DNA of 64,000 bases from Fibrobacterales bacterium (lineage in GTDB: Bacteria; Fibrobacterota; Fibrobacteria; Fibrobacterales; JAOPTW01): positions 64,001 to 128,000 of the forward strand of contig JAOPTX010000007.1 of the NCBI GenBank assembly GCA_051532055.1, written 5' to 3'. The notes under the pieces were generated by a model that saw only the letters and a list, made by a program, of their open reading frames with translations, did not search any database and had not been told where the DNA came from. This document shows, in pieces, positions 30,913-41,440 of this stretch. Position numbers and translations under genes: made by a program. Numbering within the stretch: position 1 is the first letter of the stretch; every line of letters starts with the position of its first letter.

Positions 30913-32094
30913 CTAGAGTGAATATTTGATTGCAGCACTTGCTTTATTAGCCTTAGCACGCGCATCATCCGTTGTAGAGCCCAGGGCAAGAGTCACACCC
31001 ATTCTCCGCTCACCATCAACTTCTGGCTTACCAAAAAGGCGTATTTGAGTATCAGGATCATGAAGAGCGGCCTCCATTCCTGTAAAACTTACTTTGTCTG
31101 AAGTTCCTTCTACCAAAATCACACTCGAAGCTGCAGGAGCATATTGTATTATATTAGGGATAGGGAGCCCAAGAATTGCACGAACATGCAGTGCAAACTC
31201 AGTTAAGTTTTGAGATATCATTGTCACCATACCAGTATCATGTGGTCGGGGAGACAATTCAGAAAAGTAGACGGTATCACCTTTTATAAAATATTCAACA
31301 CCAAAAATACCGCGACCACCCAATGCCTCAACAACAAGCTTTGCCATACGTTGAGCCTCCGCAAGTGCCTTTTCCGACATTGCCTGCGGCTGCCATGACT
31401 CTTGATAATCACCGCCTACTTGACGGTGCCCAATTGGCGCACAGTACGACACGCCATCTTTATGGCTAATGGTTAGGAGAGTTATTTCATAATCAAAATC
31501 AACAAATCCCTCAATGATTACCCTATCAGAACCACCACGACCACCTTCAATCGCATACCCCCAAGCCGCCTCAACATCTACTTCACTCTTAAGGGTGCTC
31601 TGACCTTTTCCTGATGAACTCATTATTGGTTTTATCACACAAGGAAAACCAATCTCTTTAACTGCCGCGAGATACTCATCTTTGGTACCTGCAAACTTAT
31701 AGGGAGAAGTAGTCAGGCCCAATTCTTCTGCAGCGAGACTTCTGATCCCTTCACGGTTCATAGTGAGGAGCGTCGCCTTAGCAGAAGGAATAACATTAAA
31801 ACCTTCTTTCTCAAGCTCTACTAAGAGGTCTGTCGCAATCGCTTCTACTTCCGGAACTATATAATCTGGCTTCTCTTTGATAATAACCGCTCTCAGTGCA
31901 TCAGCATCGAGCATTGAAATGGTATACGCTTTATGAGCAACTTGCATTGCTGGAGCATTTTCATATCGATCAACTGCAATCACTTCAACACCATATCTTT
32001 GAAGTTCTATCACGACCTCTTTACCCAGTTCACCTGAGCCAAGCATCATAACTTTAGTTGCCGATTTTGAGAGAGGAGTTCCAAGAGTGAGCAT
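30913..32094 (-). CDS. purT: Formate-dependent phosphoribosylglycinamide formyltransferase
   Basis: [36 protein letters not shown]. Confidence 0.97.
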   Translation of the reverse strand: MLTLGTPLSKSATKVMMLGSGELGKEVVIELQRYGVEVIAVDRYENAPAMQVAHKAYTISMLDADALRAVIIKEKPDYIVPEVEAIATDLLVELEKEGFNVIPSAKATLLTMNREGIRSLAAEELGLTTSPYKFAGTKDEYLAAVKEIGFPCVIKPIMSSSGKGQSTLKSEVDVEAAWGYAIEGGRGGSDRVIIEGFVDFDYEITLLTISHKDGVSYCAPIGHRQVGGDYQESWQPQAMSEKALAEAQRMAKLVVEALGGRGIFGVEYFIKGDTVYFSELSPRPHDTGMVTMISQNLTEFALHVRAILGLPIPNIIQYAPAASSVILVEGTSDKVSFTGMEAALHDPDTQIRLFGKPEVDGERRMGVTLALGSTTDDARAKANKASAAIKYSL

Positions 32095-32309
32095 TGCGTA
32101 CCTTATACAGTTGATAAATTGTGACTTAAAATATAGGAAATTTTTTCTTCTGCACTATTAGTTGATACACTGTTTTATCGAGATCCTTTATACCGCCTTA
32201 GCCTACAAATCGTGAAAATGATTCAATATTTGTTTAATTCACCGGTTATCATACTGAAATAATTCAAAAAGTGATACATTATAGCCATATAACAAACCGC
32301 TAAAAGAAT

Positions 32310-33521
32310 ATGGAACTCTCAATATCAAAAACTGAACTCTGGGAACAGATTTGCAATGAGTACGACATAGCCCATAGCCCCCTGAAGGCGATACTCGAAG
32401 AGAAGATGATCACCATCAAAAATATTCTCCGGAACAATGGCATTAAATGCATCGGTAAATACCGTGTAAAGAATCGTGAGAGCTATTTTTCTAAACTGCA
32501 GAAAATCTATGACAATAAAGAGACAGTCCTCCTTTCAGATCTTCTCGGTATAAGAATAGTGGTTCACTTTATGGAAGACGTTTCACATGTGGTCAGTCTT
32601 ATTTCAAAGCAATTCGAAGTCATAGAAACAGAGGTGAAAAGTGACCAACTTTCCTTTAGAGAATTCTCTTACGACTCAACTCACCTCCTTATTACTCTGC
32701 CCGATACATCGCTCCCCTTTATAACAGGGAACCAACGAGTCATTGAAATCCAGGTTCGCACCACCCTGCAAGACGCCTGGGCGGAGGTTGAACATGAACT
32801 CATTTATAAAAGTAATATTCACTATCCCAATAAAATGATCAAACGTAAAATGGCATCACTCAATGCGTCCCTCACCCTCTCTGATATTATTTTTCAAGAG
32901 ATACGAGACTATCAAAATAACTTAATGGAAAATAAGGAATCTCGTACACAGCTGATGCACGAAAAGGCATCACTCCTCAGCAAAGAAGATTTTAATATTC
33001 AAACCAAGAAAGATGACAACCTGCCGAGACCGAATAAAAAAAATAATAAAAATAAAGAGTCGATTATTCATGAAGCACTTCGTTGCCATAGTGCTGGAGA
33101 TTACGAGCAATCCATAGCGCTCTACACAAAAGCCCTTGAACAAGATCTTGATGAGTCAACCATGTCCATAATCTACAACCATAGAGGAATGGCCTCCTTT
33201 ATGGAAGCAGAATATACCCTTGCCTTTAATGATTTCTCATTCTCTCTTGCCCACAATCCAGAAAACCACCGTACTTATACCAACAGAGGAATTATTCACA
33301 AACTTTTTAAACGGTATAATGAAGCCATACAAGATTTTTTAGCATCACTTGAACTCAACCACAATCAACCAGAAGTACTTCTCCACCTTGCTAAAACCTA
33401 TCTTGATGATGATCAGCTAACCAATGCTCTTTCAACGGTAAATCGCGCCCAAAGCCTTGACCCTGAACTCGATGAAGTGCACCTCCTCCATCAACGCATA
33501 TCCAAAAAGTTAATTACCTAA
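32310..33521 (+). CDS. RelA/SpoT synthetase-domain protein (small alarmone synthetase) with C-terminal TPRs
   Basis: RVK..SY..K, DLLGIRI, YDSTH, EIQVRT..QDAWAEVEH..IYK; TPR repeats (YNHRG, YTNRG). Confidence 0.88.
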   Translation: MELSISKTELWEQICNEYDIAHSPLKAILEEKMITIKNILRNNGIKCIGKYRVKNRESYFSKLQKIYDNKETVLLSDLLGIRIVVHFMEDVSHVVSLISKQFEVIETEVKSDQLSFREFSYDSTHLLITLPDTSLPFITGNQRVIEIQVRTTLQDAWAEVEHELIYKSNIHYPNKMIKRKMASLNASLTLSDIIFQEIRDYQNNLMENKESRTQLMHEKASLLSKEDFNIQTKKDDNLPRPNKKNNKNKESIIHEALRCHSAGDYEQSIALYTKALEQDLDESTMSIIYNHRGMASFMEAEYTLAFNDFSFSLAHNPENHRTYTNRGIIHKLFKRYNEAIQDFLASLELNHNQPEVLLHLAKTYLDDDQLTNALSTVNRAQSLDPELDEVHLLHQRISKKLIT

Positions 33522-33667
33522 CAAGTATTCCAATTGCTCAAAAAATAAAACCCTTAACTAAACCTCAAAATTACAGACTGTTAACTATACAGGTTTGACA
33601 TTTCATACACTCTAGCCTCACTTATCTTAAGTTTGTTCGTATACTCTAGAAATATAAGGAGAGAGAT

Positions 33668-34111
33668 ATGAAAAACATTTTTTTGACAAGCGCCTTAGGG
33701 TTGCTTTTTTTAGGGTGCAGCAGCAATGGACCTATTCAAGCTCCATCAGCTAAAACTCTTACTCAGGGTATTCTGACACCGTGCCCCAGTAGCCCTAATT
33801 GCGTGGGGAGCTTTGAAGCCCAAACTAATGAACACTACATTACCCCATTTTTCACAACACATACACCAGATCAAGCAATCACAAATCTTAAATCTATAAT
33901 TGAAACACAATCAAGAACTACAATAGCTCAATCGACCAGTAACTATATTCATGCCACATACACTTCACTTCTGCTACGATTTGTTGATGACGTAGAGTTC
34001 CTGGTAGTAAATGATACCATTCATATTCGATCGGCATCACGCACTGGTTATTCTGATCTCGGGGTTAACCGAGAACGCCTTGAACATATACGCACACTGT
34101 TAAACCCCTAA
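33668..34111 (+). CDS. DUF1499 family lipoprotein
   Basis: FLGC lipobox, CPSSPNCV, FVDDVEF, RSASRTGYSDLGVNRER. Confidence 0.9.
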   Translation: MKNIFLTSALGLLFLGCSSNGPIQAPSAKTLTQGILTPCPSSPNCVGSFEAQTNEHYITPFFTTHTPDQAITNLKSIIETQSRTTIAQSTSNYIHATYTSLLLRFVDDVEFLVVNDTIHIRSASRTGYSDLGVNRERLEHIRTLLNP

Positions 34112-34126
34112 TATTACAGAGGCCAT

Positions 34127-34759
34127 TCAAATATGCTCTACTACTTCTTCGAAAGGAAATCTTGATTTTTTGAGTCGCGATGGGTTTGTTTCATCATCTG
34201 CGTGAGGATACCCAATTGCAAGTACTACAGTAGCTTTATACTCAGTACCTATTCCAAGAACCTTATTCATTTGCCCTTTTCGAATTCCCTCCATAGGGAG
34301 CGAACCAACACCAAGAGTTGCACAGGTAGCCATAACATAACCAAACGCAAGATACAGTTGATTGCGGACCCACGATTTACCACCGAGCGCCTTAGACATT
34401 AACCAGAAAAAGCCAGCAAGCTTACTTGGGGAAATTCCACGACGCTCCATCATTATTTGAAACATCTCAGTTACTGCTACCACACGCTTAATGTGTGCGA
34501 AGGACGCTTTTTTTTGGGCAAAAACTAATAGATGCGAGCACTCTTCGATTCTCTTACCATTAGTATCCCGACCTGCGGCCGCCAACTCCTGTTTCATTTC
34601 AGGATTATCTACAACAAAAAGTTTCCACGCCTGTAGGTTAATAGATGAAGGCGCAAGATGAAATGATTTTTTAATAATCTCAAGATCTACCTCATTGACT
34701 TTTTTATCGGTATCAAATTTTTTAACACTATATCGTGACTGTAACTGATCAAGGGTCAT
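34127..34759 (-). CDS. Nitroreductase family flavoprotein
   Basis: RYSVKKFD, LAPSSINLQAW, PMEG, AIGY, KSR. Confidence 0.9.
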   Translation of the reverse strand: MTLDQLQSRYSVKKFDTDKKVNEVDLEIIKKSFHLAPSSINLQAWKLFVVDNPEMKQELAAAGRDTNGKRIEECSHLLVFAQKKASFAHIKRVVAVTEMFQIMMERRGISPSKLAGFFWLMSKALGGKSWVRNQLYLAFGYVMATCATLGVGSLPMEGIRKGQMNKVLGIGTEYKATVVLAIGYPHADDETNPSRLKKSRFPFEEVVEHI

Positions 34760-34958
34760 CTATCGCTCCATACTCTTTTTTATAGATACAGAAATAGTTT
34801 TTTATCTACCAATCACCTATGTTCTTTCGCACTTTATTACACCCTATCGTGCATCATTTCAATTTTATACAATACTAGAGTGACAGATAATACTCGGCAG
34901 TTATCTACTGTGCTAATTCTTTATTGTTGAAAATGAAATTTAAACGTATCTTCTTACT

Positions 34959-35216
34959 ATGAATCAAAAATATGTTACCGCAATTGGTTGGACCGCCTCA
35001 CTTATGGCGATCACTATGTACTTCTCTCACATTGATCAAATACTGCTCAATCTCGATGGCCAAAAGGGGTCAATACTACTCCCCGCAGTTACTACCTTAA
35101 ATGCTTTTTTCTGGACGCTCTATGGGACATTTAAAGAGAAAAAAGATTGGCCAATTATCGTTTGTAATTGCCCAGGGATTATTCTTGGAATAATCTCTAC
35201 ATTTACTTCATTATAG
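34959..35216 (+). CDS. SemiSWEET-family small transporter
   Basis: 85 aa, 3 TM segments, W.LYG...KDWPII..N.PG pattern; the usual PQ motif reads DQ. Confidence 0.75.
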   Translation: MNQKYVTAIGWTASLMAITMYFSHIDQILLNLDGQKGSILLPAVTTLNAFFWTLYGTFKEKKDWPIIVCNCPGIILGIISTFTSL

Positions 35217-35253
35217 TTCAGCTCAATTCTATTACTAATAGAATTGAGCTGAA
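35217..35253. terminator. Perfect 18-bp-arm inverted repeat between convergent genes
   Basis: TTCAGCTCAATTCTATTA-C-TAATAGAATTGAGCTGAA. Confidence 0.65.
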
Positions 35254-35287
35254 TTCATTAAGAGATAAAGACTATAGAGACAAGCTA

Positions 35288-36013
35288 CTAGTCCTCTGAA
35301 ATTTTTAAGCTGTAATCACTGTATCCGTCAGCTCTAACAACAAGATAGTATGTTTCATCTTCCTCTAAATCTTCCACTGTACAAGGAAAGCTATCACAGG
35401 TAGATCTGAATCCCCTTGATACATTTGTTTGTAAGCTCAATTCAATATCACCCTTATAATTGTTATTGAGTTCTATTTCATAGTCTCCACCTTTCTCAGC
35501 GACAAAACTGAAATACCCCGATTCATCTCCTGAATTCCCATTCATTTCAGTGTCTTCTTCCAACTCAATAGGTTCTTCAGCACTTCCACTCCCAACGTCA
35601 TCATTATGCTTGACCATGAATACAACTTTCACTCCAGATGAACCATTATAACTAGCCTTGAAATTGACTACTTCATTTTTATCCACATCTTTTACATCAC
35701 AACCACCAGACATTGAGAAGAAACACATACGGCCACCCACCGTGATCATAAAACTCTTTGCAGTACTCGGAAGGTCACTCATTAAATAAATAGTATAGTC
35801 TCCACTTTGTGGCGCACCAAAATGATATGACCTATTTACCGTAGGAAGCACCGGTTCATTGTAGGCCTCATTTACTTTGACTCGGTTCCCATCACCACCA
35901 TCAAGGGGCCCATCATCTTCAGCATTAGTAATTTTACAGTTTGATAATGAAATTATCATTAAAGAAAGAATCGATACATACTTACAGAGTCTAAAATTCA
36001 TATTTGTTCCCAA
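35288..36013 (-). CDS. Hypothetical lipoprotein with two internal beta-sandwich (PPC-like) repeats
   Basis: LSNC lipobox; repeated YHFGAPQSGDYTIYL / YFSFVAEKGGDYEIEL, each followed by a Cys pair. Confidence 0.6.
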   Translation of the reverse strand: MGTNMNFRLCKYVSILSLMIISLSNCKITNAEDDGPLDGGDGNRVKVNEAYNEPVLPTVNRSYHFGAPQSGDYTIYLMSDLPSTAKSFMITVGGRMCFFSMSGGCDVKDVDKNEVVNFKASYNGSSGVKVVFMVKHNDDVGSGSAEEPIELEEDTEMNGNSGDESGYFSFVAEKGGDYEIELNNNYKGDIELSLQTNVSRGFRSTCDSFPCTVEDLEEDETYYLVVRADGYSDYSLKISED

Positions 36014-36103
36014 TTAAAAAAGAACAATAATAAAAAAGTTTTCCCACAAAACAATGTTTACCCAGGGTAAGCAATTTGACATGATGAACTACGCCCTCAC
36101 GCT

Positions 36104-37258
36104 TTATTTATCCAAGTAAATCCCATCTATTAAAAAAGTACCCGAATCTACATTCTCCTGCCGAGCCTCCCAGACAATCAAAAGCTGAGTAACCCACTGT
36201 AACGACTCCTCACTCGCCGTTTTTCCATCTAACCAATCATTCACTGGACCTGTTTGGAAAAGAGTCCACTCTATCGTTGGCCCAAACGGATCACTGCAGA
36301 CCATTGAATCTATCACATCTGAGGCCAAACAAACTTTATGACTATATGCGCCACTCCCTTTTGAAAGATACTGAATATTTTTTATTTCTCTCAAATCTAA
36401 TGGAGTACTGTACGCCTCTGTCGATAGATACAAACCCATGCCCGCAAAAGCATTGCTATCGGTAAAAGTCAGTGAATACCCCATGCTCTTATTTTGTGAT
36501 ACCGTATCAGTAAAGAGAAAACCCTCTGTACCATTCAAATAATCAAGACTGGCAGAGCCACCATTACTCTTATCCGTAAAATGCCACCATGCGGATCCCC
36601 ATGGGTTCTTCTCGGATTTCAAGTCATGCTCAAAATCATCAATGCGATTTAACCCTTCATCAAAAAATTCATATCGCTCATCGTACTCGATCTTCACAGT
36701 ATCCTCTTCCAATTCTATAGTATCTTTCATATAAAAAACTCTATCAATCCCCTTTCCTAAACCCTCAGAAAACACTAGTACTTCATAACGCCCCTGTGGT
36801 AAATCATTCAACACCCCTTCACCATCTTCAAGAATTTCATAATACGGCAAGCCTGCTACTTGAAAATAGACAATAGCCGAATCAGGAAGTGGCTCAATAG
36901 TAATGGCTATAGAGCTACTCAAATCAAGAATAAAGTTTTGCCCATTTTCAGCATCAACTCGATCTTCTGAATAAACCCACCCCGACTCGCCATTAGACGC
37001 CCGAGCAAAAACCTCATAGGAACCATCTGGAATCACCTCAAAGAAAAACTCTCCACTCAAGTTCGTTACCACACTATCAATAATTACACCATATTCATTG
37101 AGAAGATAGACCGAAGTATTGATAGCATCTGACTCATCCGACAACAGGAGTTTCCCCGCGACACCACTCGGCACATCATCAGAAAATACCTGTGTCGACT
37201 CCTGAATACGACTACACGCCCCCAAAAGAAGAAGTAATACTATACCCCACCATTTCAT
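36104..37258 (-). CDS. Lipoprotein: carboxypeptidase-regulatory-like domain plus CIA30/CBM11-like domain
   Basis: LGAC lipobox; IDSVVTNLSGEFFF..IPDGSYEV; IDDFE...WWHFTD...FAGMG...GTFLIDGI. Confidence 0.65.
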   Translation of the reverse strand: MKWWGIVLLLLLGACSRIQESTQVFSDDVPSGVAGKLLLSDESDAINTSVYLLNEYGVIIDSVVTNLSGEFFFEVIPDGSYEVFARASNGESGWVYSEDRVDAENGQNFILDLSSSIAITIEPLPDSAIVYFQVAGLPYYEILEDGEGVLNDLPQGRYEVLVFSEGLGKGIDRVFYMKDTIELEEDTVKIEYDERYEFFDEGLNRIDDFEHDLKSEKNPWGSAWWHFTDKSNGGSASLDYLNGTEGFLFTDTVSQNKSMGYSLTFTDSNAFAGMGLYLSTEAYSTPLDLREIKNIQYLSKGSGAYSHKVCLASDVIDSMVCSDPFGPTIEWTLFQTGPVNDWLDGKTASEESLQWVTQLLIVWEARQENVDSGTFLIDGIYLDK

Positions 37259-37535
37259 AGATTCTCCAAATCAAACTTTTGATACATACCCAAAACGGGT
37301 TTTTCTACCCCACCCCGTTTTAACCTTCTATACCCCTATTGTACCAACACTTGTGTATACTCTGCAACATATTTGAGGAAAAACATATAGTTTTTTGAGT
37401 CAGGGCCCTCAGGCAGCCAAACAATAAGTATTTACTCAATTTGTCACTCTTACTCGATAGAGGATAATATATATTGTAGGCAACCATACATACAACTCTC
37501 GACTTATACACCACAGCCAACCCTTGGAGTAGATA

Positions 37536-38855
37536 TTGGTTTCTCTTTTTAAAGCACCCCTGCGAACAACTCTCACCATTCTTACCCTCTCTTGCACCAT
37601 TTGTGCCAGTGAGATTGGCTCACTCAATTTCGATAAAAACCCAACAGGGATAGAGTTTATTAAAGACTCTTTTGACGAGTATGGTTTTAGTGTCCCTTGG
37701 GTTAATGGCTTTGATCAGTCACGGGCACTCACTGACTCACTCTCCTATTCCAAACCCAATGCATTAAAAGTGAGTTATCCCGCTGGCGGTGTTGGCAATA
37801 GCGAGACCGGCGCACAAGCTCGTTTACTTTTTACTCCAATCCAGGAGGTCTGGTCACAGTACCGCCTCTACTTTAGTAATAATTTTGATTGGGGTGGAAC
37901 AAGCGAAGGCGGAAAGCTCCCAGGAATTGCCTCGGGGGCAACCTGTAGTGGAGGAAAAACATGCGACGGAACTAACGGATTTTCTGCACGCCTAATGTGG
38001 CGCAGTGGTGGGCGGGCAGTCCTCTATCTCTATCATATGGACAAACCTGAAACTTATGGAGAAGATCATCAACTCTATTTTTCATCAAACAATGAAGTAG
38101 TATTCAACCCGGGCGAGTGGTACACCATCACTGAACGAGTCCTTATAAATACCGGCAACAATAATGATGGAGAAGTTGAAGTATGGATCAATGGTGAACA
38201 CACCCTAAAACGAACCGGCGTTCAATTTGTCTCTAACGGAGACCTCATAGACACCTTCTATTTTTCTACTTTCCATGGAGGCAGCGGAGATCACTGGGCA
38301 CCGAGTGTGGATTGCTTTATTTGGTTTGATGATATCATCATCTCTTCAAGCCCCATACGACTCGACGGCACTATACTCAGTAGTTCATCCCCGTTCGTAT
38401 CATCTTCCGCGACTCTTTCATCGTCATCCTCACTAAACACCATGAGTAGTTCGTTATCATCAGGGCACAAAGAAAGCTCACAACTTGCAGTGAGTAGCAC
38501 AGAATCCTCTTTAAGTAATACAGAAATTTCATCATCAAAAGAACATACCTCAATTGAGTCTTCATATACCCCGAAACCAAGTTCATCATCAAACCTATTT
38601 GTTTCAGAGGAAAGCTCTACCCCCATTGAACCCTCTAGTAATACTGAAACTATGGCAATCTATGGGCCCCAATTTTTAACACCCCCTAATAATCAGCCTA
38701 TCACCATTTACTCTATCCAGGGTGAACAGATGCTTATCACTACAGCAACCTCGATTTTGAATAATACTATATCACTTCCACCAGGGATTTATGTTGTACA
38801 AAATACAGGTAAAAACAGAAAAGAGCGCGCCCTTATAACTATCCTCACCCATTAA
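37536..38855 (+). CDS. Secreted PL14-like polysaccharide (alginate) lyase, Ser-rich linker and C-terminal tail
   Basis: LKVSYPAG, FDW...GGKLPG, GFSARLMWR, YLYH, FSTFHGG. Confidence 0.8.
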   Translation: MVSLFKAPLRTTLTILTLSCTICASEIGSLNFDKNPTGIEFIKDSFDEYGFSVPWVNGFDQSRALTDSLSYSKPNALKVSYPAGGVGNSETGAQARLLFTPIQEVWSQYRLYFSNNFDWGGTSEGGKLPGIASGATCSGGKTCDGTNGFSARLMWRSGGRAVLYLYHMDKPETYGEDHQLYFSSNNEVVFNPGEWYTITERVLINTGNNNDGEVEVWINGEHTLKRTGVQFVSNGDLIDTFYFSTFHGGSGDHWAPSVDCFIWFDDIIISSSPIRLDGTILSSSSPFVSSSATLSSSSSLNTMSSSLSSGHKESSQLAVSSTESSLSNTEISSSKEHTSIESSYTPKPSSSSNLFVSEESSTPIEPSSNTETMAIYGPQFLTPPNNQPITIYSIQGEQMLITTATSILNNTISLPPGIYVVQNTGKNRKERALITILTH

Positions 38856-39202
38856 GGAGTATGGACATTTTTACCAACCCCTTATAGCGGCAATACAACA
38901 TCACCAGCGAAGACTTTTAATATCAACTTCAAATACCCCTAAAAAAACCAATATTTGATCATTTAGGCCAATAACCCATATTTTGTTGACATTTTAAGCA
39001 TATTTGTGGACAAAAATAATGTAAAAAAATGCAAACATTGTCCCTTTTCAGCTTTTTATCTAGGAAGAACAGAACTCTTTTGTTTACATTTAAAACTGGG
39101 ATACGATACCTCATAAGTAGAAGGTATTATTAATTGAATAGATACATGAGGAGCGGCTTCTTCTAGCTTTCAGCACCTCTGTATTGAACATCACGAGGGA
39201 CT

Positions 39203-41350
39203 ATGAGATTACTTACTAAAGTAACTGGTATGGCTATAGCTATACTCTTTTCGAGCGCAACCATGACACAAGCAGCAGAGCTCGATCCTATATTTTGGCA
39301 ACCAAAAGATCATATAATGCTCCCAAAATGGGCATATGGATACTGGCAAGTGGGCTTTGCACCCGTACCTGCAGACAACGCAGCAGAGGTTCTCCAACTC
39401 GCTCAAGAACATCGAGACAGCGAACATCCTGGCGACGTATGGATTCTGGATCTCGGATCATGGAACTGTACACCTGTCGGATCAGAAGGCTGGGCATCAG
39501 AGGATTGGTGTGCTGGCAAATTTGATGACCCTGCTGATTTTATCAAAAAAATGAATGATATGAACTGGCACATTGGCATTAATTACCACCCTTGGGGCCA
39601 CCAGGACTCAGACCCTAAACAAGAATATATTAACACACTTCTCAGAGATGCCGAGTATGGTTCTGAAATCCCTTGGATCGACATCCGATCAAATGACCCC
39701 ATTTGGTGGATGTGGGATGCCACCGCTGAATTCTGGAAAAACAACGGCAATAAGCGCAATATGATGCTGAATTATCTAGGAAGCTTTACTTATGGCGACC
39801 TTGAACAAGATCACGACTGGAACCTCGACAAAGATGCAGCATTCCCAACCTACTGGACCGGAGACACTGAACCCAGTTGGAGAAATTTTAATGACCAAGT
39901 AAAACGCATTACCCACGATGGCGCATGGGATGGGCTCTATACTCTTCATATGGATACCCCGGGTCACTTTTTCTTAGACATGAAAGAGTATCCTGAACTC
40001 ACTGCGCGCACCGTACTCTTTTCTGACTGGTCACCGCTCGTACAACAACATGGCCAAGGTGGACGACTTGTTAAACAAGCAACTCCAGAAGTACAAGAGA
40101 TTATGATTAAGTCTCGTAAACTCAGGTATCGCCTTATGCCATACATCTATACTCTAAACTGGGAGATGTGGGCAAAAGCACTTCCTATCACTCGCCCCAT
40201 GGATATGATGTTCCCTAATGACAACAGTGTCAATGAAGATTATCAACAATATATGTTTGGTAACAACTTTCTCGTAGCTCCTGTTATTTCGGATCGTCAC
40301 GACCATGATGAAAAGGCTAAAGATTTTGGCGCTTCGACAATGGAAATTACTCTCCCTAAAGATGAAGATTGGATTGATTACTGGAGCCATGAAGAACATG
40401 CTGGCGGAACAACTCTCGACTACGACGTAACCGATTGGGGTAAAATCCCAGTATTTGTAGTAAAAGGCTCAATCATCCCAATGGGGCCAACTATTAAATG
40501 GATTGAACCTTCAGAGCACCCCGATCCATTAACTCTCGATATCTTCCCTGCCAATAATGGTGAAAAAGCAACATACACCCTCTATGATGACGATGGCGAG
40601 ACACTTGAATATAAAAACGACAAAGGGGCAACAACTACTTTTACCGCAGCAACAACAGACAAAGCAATTACTTTCACTGTTGATGCAGCCGATGGTAATT
40701 ATACAGGCAGACCTGCAGATCAAGGGTACATTGTAAAAATCAATCTTCAAAGTGTTAAAGCTGCTGACGTATATGTGAACGGCGAAGAAGTCAGTGAAAC
40801 GTCTTCTGTCTCTGATATCCTTGATGGCAAAACAGAAAACGGTTGGGCATTTGATACTGATAAAAAAATCGCTTATGTTGCATTTAGAGCATCAACAGAT
40901 GAGCAATCAACGGTAGTATACAGTATCGAAGGCGGCCTCCCTGTAGAAGAACTCAGCTCTGAGTCAACACCATCTTCTAACGAAATGAGTTCATCTGAAA
41001 ATGACGAATCAAGTTCTCAAGCTCAAGACCCAATTTCGAGTAGCGATGATGATGATGAAGATACAGAGTCAAGCTCTGAAAAAGAGAGTTCAGAGGAGTC
41101 ATCATTGCAAGAATCAAGTGTTGATACTGCACCACTTACATGGACGAGTGCACGGGGTGTAACCGCAAGTTTTGTCCCTGTAGCACACATTCAAGATATA
41201 CCACTGAGCATTGACGTCCCTCAAGGCACAACAATGATTACTGTATATAGTGTCACTGGAGAAATAGTACTCCAGTCTTCTGTTAAAGAGGCATCGAGAA
41301 ACACTCTTCCTCAGTCACTTCCTCATGGAATGCTTTTCATTAAATACTAG
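39203..41350 (+). CDS. Secreted GH31 alpha-glycosidase, Ser-rich linker and C-terminal tail
   Basis: PKWAYGYWQ, WID (nucleophile), WTGDT (acid/base), LRYRLMPYIYT, YMFGNNFLVAPV, LYDDDG. Confidence 0.88.
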   Translation: MRLLTKVTGMAIAILFSSATMTQAAELDPIFWQPKDHIMLPKWAYGYWQVGFAPVPADNAAEVLQLAQEHRDSEHPGDVWILDLGSWNCTPVGSEGWASEDWCAGKFDDPADFIKKMNDMNWHIGINYHPWGHQDSDPKQEYINTLLRDAEYGSEIPWIDIRSNDPIWWMWDATAEFWKNNGNKRNMMLNYLGSFTYGDLEQDHDWNLDKDAAFPTYWTGDTEPSWRNFNDQVKRITHDGAWDGLYTLHMDTPGHFFLDMKEYPELTARTVLFSDWSPLVQQHGQGGRLVKQATPEVQEIMIKSRKLRYRLMPYIYTLNWEMWAKALPITRPMDMMFPNDNSVNEDYQQYMFGNNFLVAPVISDRHDHDEKAKDFGASTMEITLPKDEDWIDYWSHEEHAGGTTLDYDVTDWGKIPVFVVKGSIIPMGPTIKWIEPSEHPDPLTLDIFPANNGEKATYTLYDDDGETLEYKNDKGATTTFTAATTDKAITFTVDAADGNYTGRPADQGYIVKINLQSVKAADVYVNGEEVSETSSVSDILDGKTENGWAFDTDKKIAYVAFRASTDEQSTVVYSIEGGLPVEELSSESTPSSNEMSSSENDESSSQAQDPISSSDDDDEDTESSSEKESSEESSLQESSVDTAPLTWTSARGVTASFVPVAHIQDIPLSIDVPQGTTMITVYSVTGEIVLQSSVKEASRNTLPQSLPHGMLFIKY

Positions 41351-41370
41351 AGACATCCCTTAACTACTCA

Positions 41371-41438
41371 TAATTGAAATAGCGCCCTCTATTTCAATTA
41401 TTACCCTTCCTGCCTCACGGCTTGAAGGGTTTCTTTTT
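41371..41438. terminator. Two hairpins between the convergent GH31 and serine hydrolase genes
   Basis: TAATTGAAATAG-N6-CTATTTCAATTA, then ACCCTTC...GAAGGGT with a T run. Confidence 0.6.
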
Positions 41439-41440
41439 AC

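Noticed and set aside
38370..38640. TCA/AGT-rich tracts as DNA tandem repeats
   Set aside because: They encode Ser-rich linkers with mixed codons and are not nucleotide-level repeats.
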